Positions 11,831-23,059 of a stretch of DNA of 64,000 bases are shown here, piece by piece. The first letter of the stretch is position 1. Every line of letters starts with the position of its first letter. A program made the position numbers and the translations under genes. The DNA comes from Pristiophorus japonicus. Taxonomy: Eukaryota. Below the pieces are notes generated by a model. The model ran no database searches. It was not told the DNA's origin and worked only from the letters and a program-made list of their open reading frames with translations. The stretch spans positions 201,314,001-201,378,000 of the forward strand of contig NC_091985.1 in NCBI RefSeq assembly GCF_044704955.1. Reading direction: 5' to 3'.

Positions 11831-12541
11831 ATGACTGACACTGCAGCCGCCGAAACCGCTCCTCCTGCCGCCGCCGCTCAAACCAAGGCTCCCAGTAAGA
11901 AGAAGAAGGCAGCTCCCCGCTCCAAGCCAGCCGGCCCCACGATGGGCGAACAGATCCTCAAGGTTGTGGCCGATGGCAACGATCGCAAGGGGATGTCCCT
12001 GGCCGCGATTAAGAAGGCTCTGGCGGCCAAAGGCGTGAATGTGGAGAAGCGCGGGTCCCAGATCAGGTTCAGTATCAAGAGGAATGTGACAAATGGCTTC
12101 CTGGTGCAGATTAAGGGCACGGGCGCCTCGGGCTCCTTCAAAGTCGCTAAGAAGGAAAACCAGGGGAAAGTGGGAAGGAAGGTGAAGAAACCAGCAGTCA
12201 AGAAATCTCCAGCCAAGAAGCCAGCAGCCAAGAAATCTCCGGCCAAGAAACCAGCAGCCAAGAAATCTCCGGCCAAGAAACCAGCAGCCAAGAAATCTCT
12301 GACCAAGAAACCAGCAGCCAAGAAATCTCCAGCCAAGAAACCAGCAGCCAAGAAATCTCCAGCCAAGAAACCAGCAGCCAAGAAGGCGCCAACAGTAAAA
12401 AAGACAGCGAAAGCGGCGGCTGGGAAGAATGCGGCGGCGAAGCCTAAGAGCCCCGAGAAGGCCTCAGGCGCAAAGGTAAAGGCGTACAAAAAGGTGGAAA
12501 AACCGAGGGCCAAGGCCTTATCAGCAAAACCCAAAAAGTAA
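11831..12541 (+). CDS. H1: Linker histone H1 (236 aa), replication-dependent type
   Basis: MTDTAAAETAP N-tail, winged-helix globular domain ending KGTGASGSFK, K/A/P-rich tail; intronless; 3' stem-loop. Confidence 0.95.
   Translation: MTDTAAAETAPPAAAAQTKAPSKKKKAAPRSKPAGPTMGEQILKVVADGNDRKGMSLAAIKKALAAKGVNVEKRGSQIRFSIKRNVTNGFLVQIKGTGASGSFKVAKKENQGKVGRKVKKPAVKKSPAKKPAAKKSPAKKPAAKKSPAKKPAAKKSLTKKPAAKKSPAKKPAAKKSPAKKPAAKKAPTVKKTAKAAAGKNAAAKPKSPEKASGAKVKAYKKVEKPRAKALSAKPKK
12185..12385 (+). repeat. 30-bp coding minisatellite in H1 tail (KKPAAKKSPA)x6.7
   Basis: aagaaaccagcagccaagaaatctcc(a/g)gcc tandem units. Confidence 0.95.
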
Positions 12542-12576
12542 ATAAAAAGTGAAACTTGTAAACATCTGAACCCAAA

Positions 12577-12617
12577 GGCTCTTCTCAGAGCCACCCACGC
12601 CTCTCAGAAAAGAGCTG
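12577..12617 (+). terminator. Histone 3' stem-loop and HDE (H1)
   Basis: GGCTCT-TCTC-AGAGCC ACCCA followed by AAAGAGCTG (U7 complement). Confidence 0.95.
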
Positions 12618-13363
12618 ATCCCCGAATCAAATGATCTCTGTCCCGGGGCCGGGCTCAGATTTCAGACAGAAATCATTGAACATGAAGCCAGGATCCCTGG
12701 TGACTCGCTGACATTGGCTGCACTCACCCCTCCCCCAGTGTCTGTAATAAAACACACAAAGAATGGGATGTCCGGCCCGGGCCTCACTAACTGGGGATGT
12801 GTTCGGCTCCAGTCTCAGTTCCTGGTCATTGTCATTTCACAGATTCAGGGGGAGAGTCTGTGAGACGGTGATACTGGCGGAGATACCCCGCCTCACAACT
12901 CAAACCCCAAGCACCACATTCTCCAAATCAGCTGGAATAAGGTGTTTGTAAACTGCTGAACCCGTCTGTGAGAGGAAGTGTGGGGAGATGGAACAAGGTC
13001 TGAGATTGACAGGGAAGGGGCTGTATATAGGCGGGAATATTCGCGATTGTTAATTGTAACGGGACTTTATTTAAAAGCTTCTGGTTCATGGAAGCCTTGA
13101 AGATGAATTCCGAGTCTGTAAGGGTTTGTGCGGAGCGCTGTGTTTCGGTTCTATTGTGGGAAAACGGTTTGAAATTGGCGGCTGCAGAAATCTGGTGGCG
13201 GAGCTGGAAGACCAGAGGCCGCTCTCTGTTCTGTCTGTCAATCTTGACTCTGTCTCCTCCCCTTCCCGCCTCTCTCACTCTGCACTTTCTCAGTCAGGTC
13301 GGCTCCGGCTCTATAAAAAGGAGCCGGGAGGAGCTCGTTCTCATTCAGCGGCTGTTTCAGTGA

Positions 13364-13687
<324 letters not shown>

Positions 13688-13722
13688 ATAATCGACCCTT
13701 TCCCCCCCAAACACAAGACAAA

Positions 13723-13764
13723 GGCTCTTCTAAGAGCCACCCACCGCCTCACAGAGAGAGCAGC
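13723..13764 (+). terminator. Histone 3' stem-loop and HDE (H4)
   Basis: GGCTCT-TCTA-AGAGCC ACCCA, purine-rich AGAGAGAGCAG. Confidence 0.93.
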
Positions 13765-13834
13765 GACCTGGGGATGGGAGCGTGGACAGTTTGGTTGGGA
13801 AATGGTTTCGGCTGTTTAATTAATGGAAATAAAT

Positions 13835-13922
13835 ATTTGGATTTATATAGCGCCTTTCACGACCACCGAACGCCTCTTAAGACCAATCAAGTACTTTTGG
13901 AGTGTAGTCGCTGTAGGAATAT
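13835..13922 (-). mobile_element. DeuSINE/SacSINE-like 3' tail fragment
   Basis: atttatatagcgcctttcacgacc...aagtacttttggagtgtagtc; reverse-complement match to 56588-56685. Confidence 0.6.
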
Positions 13923-14319
13923 GGGAATTATTAAATATTTTACAAGTATTGTAAATGTGAGAGATCAGAAACTCAGGCTGACAGTCACAATTACTGGGTG
14001 GGATACACAGTCCCCTTTACCCAGACATTACAGTCTCCCCTCACAGATAATTCCTGTCATTTGAGGTTTCTGTGAGAATCGGTTAAATGGGGCGGGATCG
14101 ATGCGGGACTTTATGTTTACAGGAAGCAGTGACCGGGGATTTATTCCCGCCCGGTACAGACCGATCAGGGAATAGAACATAATTCAAACCGGAATGTTAC
14201 AGAGAATGGGCTTGGTGATTTATAATGGGGCACAATCGCCGTTATAAAGAGCGGGATTCTTAAATTGCTGGCGGGACATTAGAGTTTATTTAATCTCTGT
14301 TGGTTGATACTGTGAAATT

Positions 14320-14964
<645 letters not shown>

Positions 14965-15009
14965 ACTCCCCCTTCCTCGGCTCGGAGCTTCAGTACCAAG
15001 TAAAACAAC

Positions 15010-15050
15010 GGCTCTTTTCAGAGCCACCAAATCAACAAAGGAAAGAGCTG
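15010..15050 (+). terminator. Histone 3' stem-loop and HDE (H3)
   Basis: GGCTCT-TTTC-AGAGCC then GAAAGAGCTG. Confidence 0.95.
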
Positions 15051-15671
15051 CGATCTCCTATAACCAGAGCTTCGTGTTGTTCATTAACCCATTGTAGGGA
15101 TGGGCAGAGGATGTGGGACTGATTACTGATCGTGTGTTCAGATACCAACTCCGTTCACATCGGAGTTATTGACGATTAACTAATGAGCCCTTTAATATTT
15201 TCAGAAACTGATATCGGCTTTGCGTCGCTCTGACCTCGAGTTCCCCGGGGCAGAACACAGATTTCCCCATTCGGTGTTGCCGGAGAATGGGGACAGGCAG
15301 ATCTGGGAAGCACTCCAATTGACCCAGGTCCTGTGTGTGCACATCGCTCGCTGCTCCAGTGCGGTCTAAACTGACTGGCTTAGCAGAGAAATACACAGCC
15401 CGGGAACGGCCGGAGCTCCCGAGAACAGAAGCAGCATTCAAACTATCTCAAACCAGACCAAAATTAAACTAGGCCCTTTTATTACTACATTAATTCATCA
15501 CCGCCGACTCTCTAGTTTTCAGATAGACTAAAGAATATTTAAGGAACCGGTGGCGGTATTTATACAATTGTTGAGTGACAACTGTAGTTCAATTATTCGC
15601 TGTTAACTGGAAGAGTGTATCTGTGAGCAGAGAACCGTAATGCAAAGACTGGGAACTGAAAACTCCCCCAT

Positions 15672-15939
15672 ACGGATAAGGGGTAAGCCATTTAGGACTG
15701 AGATGAGGAGAAACTTATTCACTGAGTTGTTAACCTGTGGAATTCCCTACCGCAGAGTTGTTGATGCCAGTTCGTTAGATATATTCAAGAGGGAGTTAGA
15801 TGCGGCCCTTATAACTAAAGTGATCAAGGGGTATGGAGAGAAAGCAGGAAAGGGGTACTGAGGTGAAAGATCAGCCATGATCTTATTGAATGGTGGTGCA
15901 GGCTCGAATGGCCTACTACTGCACCTATTTTCTATGTTT
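15672..15939 (+). mobile_element. Short CR1 3' fragment between H3 and H2A
   Basis: IRGKPFRTEMRRN...GYGEKAGKGY plus 3' UTR ending ctattttctatgtt. Confidence 0.85.
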
Positions 15940-16007
15940 ACAGGTCTAAAACAGCCCAATCTATAGGTACATGAATTAAAGGGCTCTGACTCCATTAAGA
16001 CAGTAAG

Positions 16008-16048
16008 CAGCCCTTTCACAGATACTGTGGGTGGCTCTGAAAAGAGCC
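16008..16048 (-). terminator. Histone 3' stem-loop and HDE (H2A)
   Basis: Minus GGCTCT-TTTC-AGAGCC ACCCA, GAAAGGGCTG. Confidence 0.95.
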
Positions 16049-16078
16049 TTTGGGTTATTAGATTAAATCTTGTCCGCT

Positions 16079-16522
<444 letters not shown>

Positions 16523-17330
16523 TTATGGAGGGATGCAGGGAGCGAACTTGTGATTGGTCGCCCTGAAGTGGATTTCATTGGTCTTTTCCGCTGACCAATC
16601 ACCATCTGTTTAGCCCGCCAATGAAAAGAGGGCGAAAATTACTGTTCGACTTCCAACGAATCTTCAATTTCAAAAACCCCGCCAATAATTTTTACAATGC
16701 GGATTATGTTAATAAATTCACCATTAGCCAAAGATTTCCAAACACTTTTTTATTTCCTTTTGTCGTATTCCATATTGCTTCCAAATTCCAGGATATTACA
16801 ATTAAGATGAAATTCGTGCCCAGTTTCAAACGTTCTGTAACGGGACACATTCTTGTACAATTTGGGAATCACAGATCATGGATCGATCCTCCGCACAGGC
16901 GGGAGTGAGACCAGAACTGAGAGTTCTTCTGTGAAAAGAGAAGAGGGACACAGGGTTCAAACTCCCTGTTCTGGTCTCTGTAAGAACTCCCAGTCTGGGC
17001 TGTTGCACTCGGAGTCTCGGATTAATAAGCGGGTTGAGCCGAACGAGATTTTTTTTTTCCTTTTAAAAGGGCTTGAGAGAGAATGAGGGGACTAAAGTCT
17101 GAGTTTCACCTCCTAAAATAAGATCATAATTCATTGGCAAGCGACCACGGACAGTGTGTGCAGTTTACTGGGAGGGAAATTCATCAGCGAAGTTAAAGTT
17201 GAACCGGACAGTAAAACCGCTTATCTGAGAATTCAAATCTAAATCTACAGCTGGAACTTTAAATGTTGTCAAACACACTTGCTCAGGAAATAACTACAGT
17301 AAATTGAGTTTAAAGGGTGATGTGTTTGTG

Positions 17331-17371
17331 CAGCTCTTTCAGAGACGTTGTGGGTGGCTCTTAAAAGAGCC
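17331..17371 (-). terminator. Histone 3' stem-loop and HDE (H2B)
   Basis: Minus GGCTCT-TTTA-AGAGCC ACCCA, GAAAGAGCTG. Confidence 0.95.
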
Positions 17372-17411
17372 GTTGTGTTTGGGGTTTGTTCTGTCAGGAC
17401 AGCGTGGAGTT

Positions 17412-17786
17412 TTACTTGGAGCTGGTGTACTTGGTCACCGCCTTTGTCCCTTCCGACACGGCGTGCTTGGCCAGCTCCCCGGGCAGCAGCAGGCGCACGG
17501 CGGTCTGGATCTCCCGAGAGCTGATGGTGCAGCGCTTGTTGTAATGGGCCAGGCGGGAAGCCTCACCCGCAATGCGCTCGAAAATATCGTTCACAAACGA
17601 GTTCATGATGCCCATGGCCTTGGAGGAGATGCCGGTGTCGGGGTGAACCTGCTTCATCACTTTGTAGATGTAGATGGAGTAACTCTCCTTCCTCGACTTT
17701 CGGCGCTTCTTGCCGCCCTTCGGTGGTGTTTTCTTGATAACTTTCTTGGCACCCTTTTTCGAAGCTGGTTTCTTTTCCTCAGGCAT
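17412..17786 (-). CDS. H2B: Histone H2B (124 aa)
   Basis: MPE...[27 protein letters not shown]...AVTKYTSSK. Confidence 0.98.
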   Translation of the reverse strand: MPEEKKPASKKGAKKVIKKTPPKGGKKRRKSRKESYSIYIYKVMKQVHPDTGISSKAMGIMNSFVNDIFERIAGEASRLAHYNKRCTISSREIQTAVRLLLPGELAKHAVSEGTKAVTKYTSSK

Positions 17787-17839
17787 CGTCTTGTTTACTC
17801 AGGCACAGATTATGAAGCAAATTTTGCGTCCAGGCTAGC

Positions 17840-17925
17840 ATTATATAGGCAGCCCCACACTCCGCCCACAGCCCTATGCTAATGACGGATTAATGAAGGC
17901 AATGAATGTGATTGGTTCATTGGCT
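17840..17925 (-). promoter_or_regulatory. H2B promoter: TATA, variant octamer, tandem CCAAT
   Basis: Minus TATATAA ~17841-17847, ATTAGCAT octamer variant 17876-17883, CCAATGAACCAATC. Confidence 0.7.
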
Positions 17926-18367
17926 GCATTGTCAATTTCCATTGTTCTGTATCTCTCTGATTGATCTCTATAAACATCCAATCAGATTTATTGCTCGCCA
18001 CAATCTCAAATTCTTGAATGAGGTCATCAATTGCATCCCCTCCCGATTTATACTCTGTTCTTTATGTTTCTGTTCTGCTCTCAGGTAAAAATGGTTAATG
18101 ACGGCCGGACTTATGAGCTTCACGTTTTTTCCTATATATATATCTGAACAGCAAACTCGCTGCTGTGTTTGTCGATCTAGATGTTTACATGTTCGAGACA
18201 TTGACCGGTTTGTAACCGAGATTGCCTGAGGGTCACTTCTGATCAGGACTTGGGAGTCCTTCTATGAGGGCAAGGGGCCCTCACTGTCTTTCCGCCCTGA
18301 TGCTGCCTTCCTCCCATCGTTTAATTCAACACCTTTCTTATCTGCCACTGCTGTAACATGGATGTAA

Positions 18368-19666
18368 CAGCACGAATTTATGAAGGGGAAGTCATGTTTG
18401 ACATATTTGCTGGAATTCTTTGAGGATGTAACGAACTGTGTGGATAAACGGGAAGCAGTGGATGTGGTGTATTTGGACTTCCAGAAGGCATTTGACAAGG
18501 TGCCACATAAAAGGTTACTTACTGCACAAGATAAAAGTTCATGGGGTTGGGGGTAATATATTAGCATGGATAAAGGATTGGCTAACGAACAGAAACCAGA
18601 GAGTCGGGATAAATGGTTCATTCTCACGTTGGCAATCAGTACCCAATGGGATGCCACAGGGATCAGTGCTGGGACCCCAACTATTTATGATCTATATTAA
18701 CGACTTGGAAGAAGGGACCGAGTGTAACACAGCCAAGTTTGCTGACGATACATAGATGGGAGGAAAAGCAATGTGTGAGGACACAAACATTCTGCAAAAG
18801 GACATAGACAGGCTAAGTGAGTGAGCAAGAATTTGGCAGATGTAGTATAATATTGGAAAGTGTGAGGTCATGCACTTTGGCAGAAAAAAATCAAAGAGCA
18901 AGTTATTATTTCAATGGCGAAAGATTGCAAAGTGCTGCAGTACAGCAGGACCTGGGGGTACTTGTGCATGAAACACAAAAGGTCAGTATGCAGGTACAGC
19001 AAGTGATCAGGAAGGCCAATGGAATCTTGGCTTTTATTGCAAATGCAATGGAGTATAAAAGCAGGGAAGTCTTGCTACAGTTGTACAGGGTATTGGTGAG
19101 GCCACACCTGGAATACTGCATGCAGTTTTGGTTTCCATATTTACAAAAGGATATACTTGCTTTGGAGGCAGTTCAGAGAAGGTTCACAAGGTTGATTCCG
19201 GAATGAGGGAGTTGACTTATGAGGAAAGGTTGAGTAGGTTGGGCCTCGACTCATTGGAATTCAGAAGATTGAGAGGTGATCTTATCGAAACATATAAGAT
19301 TATAAGGGGGCTTGACAAGGTGAACGCAGAGAGGATGTTCCCACTGCTAGGGGAGACTAGAACTAGAGGGCTTAATCTTAGAATAAGAGGCCGCCCATTT
19401 AAAACTAAGATGAGGAGAAATTTCTTCTCTGAGGGTTGTGAATCTGTGGAATTCGCTGCCTCAGAGAGCTGTGGAAGCTGGAACATTGAATAAATTTAAG
19501 ACAGAAACAGACCGTTTCTTAAACGATAAGGGAATAAGGGTTTATGGGGCAGGGAAGTCGACCTGAATCCATGATCGTATTAAATGGCGGAGCAGGCTCG
19601 AGGGGCCGTATGGCCCACTCCTGCTCCTAGTTCTTATGTTTTTATGTTCTTATGTTCTTATGTTCT
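18368..19666 (+). mobile_element. CR1 LINE, 5'-truncated
   Basis: RT motifs in ORFs 18438-19493; (TTCTTATG)n tail 19631-19666. Confidence 0.92.
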
Positions 19667-19938
19667 AACTACATTAGTTGTTTCAGTATTACCTTCATCT
19701 GGAATGCCCTGTAAATGTCTATGATTCGAAAACTAAAAGGACGTTCTGTCCATCGGTATATGCTGATTTAAAACACTTAACACCACAATATAGATCTTGG
19801 CAAAAGACATATCTTATGCAGAACAAAATGTAAATCAACTATCTCGCCCCCGTTCCCCGGGTCACTGCTCTCTCTGTGAGGCGGTGGGTGGCTCTGAGAA
19901 GAGCCTTTGTGTTGTGCTTGGGGGAAAGGTCGCGTTGT

Positions 19939-20160
19939 TCAGCCGCCGAACCCATAGAGAGTGCGGCCCTGCTGTTTCAGAGCGTAGACCACATCCATGG
20001 CAGTGACCATCTTGTGCTTGGCGTGCTCAGTGCAGGTGACCGCATCCCGAATCACATTCTCCAGGAAAACCTTCAGTATCCCGCAGGTCTTCTCGTAGAT
20101 CAGGCCCGAGATTCGCTTGACTATGCCTTTACCCAGTCCTTTGCCTCCTCATCCAGTCAT
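19939..20160 (-). pseudogene. Histone H4 pseudogene
   Basis: ATG ACT GGA TGA (early stop), deletion of about residues 14-42, CpG-decay changes; intact stem-loop at 19890-19905. Confidence 0.92.
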
Positions 20161-20204
20161 GGTGATTCTTTACTCAAATCGCCACTGAATGTTAATCTCT
20201 CGCC

Positions 20205-21086
20205 TTACCCATTGTCTGTTGAGACCACCAATGAAACGAGGGCAGAAATTCCTGTCAACAGTCAGATCTCAAACGATTTTTAATTTAAAAAACACCGCCA
20301 ATAATTTTTTAAAGTGCGGATTATGTTAATAAATTCCCCATTAGCCAAAGGTTTACAAACAGGTTTTACCTCCTTTTATTTTATTCCATATTTCCCTTAC
20401 AAATTCCAGGCTGTTCCAATCAGGATTAAATTCGCGTTCACTGTCAATCTGACTGTAGTGGACGGCAATCAATCCCCACTGACTCTGTAACGGGACACAT
20501 TCCAGCTCAAACTGTGTAAAAGTTGGGAATCACAGATCATGGATCGATCCTCCGCACAGGGGGAAGTGAGACCAGAACTGGAAGTCCTTCTGTGAAAAGG
20601 GAAGAGGGACAGAGTGTTCACACTGCTCCCGTTCTGGTCTCTGTACGAACTCCCATTCTCGGTTTTTACACTGCGGGGAGTCCCGGGTTAATAAACGGAT
20701 TGACCCGCAACAGGAATTGAAAAATAAACTCGAAAAGGGCTTGTGAGAGAATGAGGTGACTGAAATGTGAGTCTCATCCCCTAAACAAGCTCCTAATTCC
20801 TCGACAGGCGCTGTAAATGGGAACGAGCGACAAGGAACCGAGTTTGTAGCTTGAATATCAACAGCGGCCTAACGTCGAACCGGACTATGAAGCTGCTTAT
20901 GAGAAATCAAAACTAAATCCACAGCTGGAACTGCAAAGGTTCTCAAACACACATGTTCAGGAAATAATTACAGTAAATTGAGTCTAAAGGGTGATGCGCT
21001 TGTGCAGCTCTTTCAGAGAGGTTGTGGGTGGCTTTTAAAAGAGCCGTTGTATTTTGGGGTTTGTTCTGTCAGGACAGCGTGGAGTT
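20205..21086. repeat. Diverged duplicate of the H2A-H2B intergenic spacer (~16600-17411)
   Basis: Colinear matches, e.g. gggaatcacagatcatggatcgatcctccgcacagg and ttatgttaataaattc. Confidence 0.88.
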
Positions 21087-21204
21087 TGACTTGGAGCTGG
21101 TGTACTTGGTCACCGCCTTTGTCCCTTCCGACACGGCGTGCTTGGCCAGCTCCCTGAGCAGCAGCAAGCGCACGGCGGTCTGGATCTCCCGGGAACTGAT
21201 GGTG
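21087..21204 (-). pseudogene. Histone H2B 3' remnant
   Basis: [24 protein letters not shown]; stop TAA mutated to TCA; mismatched stem-loop 21030-21045; 5' part replaced by satellite. Confidence 0.9.
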
Positions 21205-21408
21205 TCAGATTCTGGTATGTGAGTGTGTATTTTATTCTGTACCTGTCTATCTCTGGTATATGAGTGTGGCGTTTAATCTGTACCCGTCAGTTACTGGTAT
21301 ATGATTGTGGGGGTTATTCTGTACCTCTCCGTTTCAGTTATGTTATTGTGAGTTTTAATCGGTACCTGTCACTCTCTAGTATGTGAGTGTGGTATTTATT
21401 CTGTACCT

Positions 21409-23059
21409 TGTACATGGCCTTCTTCGACCTTACAAAGGCCTTTGACACTATCAACTACGAGGGTCGATGGAGCGTCCTCCTTTGTTTCGGATGCCCCCAA
21501 AAGTTAGTCACCATCCTCCGTCTGCCCCACGACGAGATGCAGGCCGTGATCCTTGCCAACGGATCCATCACAGAGCCAATCCATGTCCAAACTGGGGTCA
21601 AACAGGGCTGCGACTTCAGCCCAACCCTCTTCTCAATCTTTCTCGCTGCCATGCTCCACCTCAGTCAACAAGCTTACCACTAGAGTGGAACTAAACTACA
21701 GAACCAGTGGGAACCTGTTCAACCTTCGTCGACTCCAGGCCAGGTCCAACATAAGAACATAAGAATTAGGAACAGGAGTAGGCCATCTAGCCCCTCGAGC
21801 CTGCTCCGCCATTCAGCAAGATCATGGCTGATCTGGCCGTGGACTCAGCTCCACTTACCCACCCGCTCCCCGTAACTCTTAATTCCCTTATTGTTTAAAA
21901 ATCTATCGATCTGTGATTTGAATACATTCAATGAGCCAGCCTCAACTGCTTCCTTGGGCAGAGAATTCCACAGATTCACAACCCTCTGGGAGAAGAAATT
22001 CCTTCTCCCAGAGGGTTGTGAATCTGTGGAATTCTGTGTCTGTCATGCGAATCTAAGATCACCTCAACCTCTGTCATCAAGCTACAGTACGCAGACAACG
22101 CCTGCATCTGCATACATACAGAGGCCGAACTCCAGGACATAGTCGACGTATTCACTGAGGAGTACGAAAGCATGGGCCTTACACTAAACATCCGTAAGAC
22201 AAAAGGTCCTCCACCAACCTGTCCCCACCGCACAGCACTGCCCCTCAGTCATCAAGATCCACGGCACGACCCTGGACAACATGGACCATTTCCCATACCT
22301 CGGAAGCCTCATATCAACAAGAGCAGACATTGACGATGAGATTCAACACCGCCTCCAGTGCACCCGTGCAGCCTTTGGCCGTCTGAAGAAGAGTGTTCAA
22401 AGACCAGGCCCTCAAATCTGCCACAAAGCTCATGGTCTACAGGGCTGTAGTAATACCCGCCCTCCTGTATGGCTCAGAGACATGGACCATGTACAGTAGA
22501 CACCTCAAGTCGCTGGAGAAATATCACCAACTATGTCTCCACAAGATCCTGCAGGTTCCCTGGGAGGACAGACTCACCAACGTTAATGTCCTTGACCGGG
22601 CCAATATCCCCAGCATTGAAGCACTGACCACACTTTATCAGCTCCTCTGAGCAGGCCACATTGTTCGCATGCCAGACACAAGATTCCCAAAGCAAGCGCT
22701 CTACTCAGAACATCTTCATGGCAAACGAGCCAAAGGTGGGCAAAGGGAACGTTACAAGGACACCCTCAAAGCCTCCCTGATAAAGTGCAACATCCCCACT
22801 GACACCTGGGAGTCCTTGGCCAAAGATGGCCCTAAGTGGAGCACCTCGAGTCTCATCGCCGAGAGCATGCAGAAATCAAGTGCTTGCAGCGGAAAGAGCA
22901 TGCGGCAAACCAGTCCCATCCATCCTTTCCCACAATGACTATCTGTCCCACCCATGACAGGGACTGTGGTTCTCGTATTGTATTGTTCAGTCACCTAAGG
23001 ACACATTTTTAGAGTGGAAGCAAGTCTTCTTCGATTCCGAGGGACTGCCTATGAATAAA
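21409..23059 (+). mobile_element. RTE-clade LINE, 5'-truncated, with nested CR1 tail
   Basis: FDLTKAFD..GVKQGC..YADN RT motifs, C-terminal domain; candidate TSD TATTCTGTACCT 21397-21408 / 23060-23071. Confidence 0.88.
21748..22035 (-). mobile_element. CR1 3' tail fragment ending in a fold-back palindrome
   Basis: aacataagaacataagaa tail; 34-bp perfect inverted repeat 21962-21995 / 22002-22035. Confidence 0.88.

Noticed and set aside
11878-12594. 238-aa hydrophobic antisense ORF (AAGFLAGDFL repeats)
   Set aside because: Mirror of the Lys/Ala codons and 30-bp repeat of H1; no independent gene signals
16952-16966. B-box-like GGTTCAAACTCCC suggesting a tRNA
   Set aside because: No cloverleaf or A box; not conserved in the duplicate spacer
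18368-19666. Same insertion duplicated at 62593-63852 (similar truncation point)
   Set aside because: Flanking sequences differ on both sides; likely independent copies
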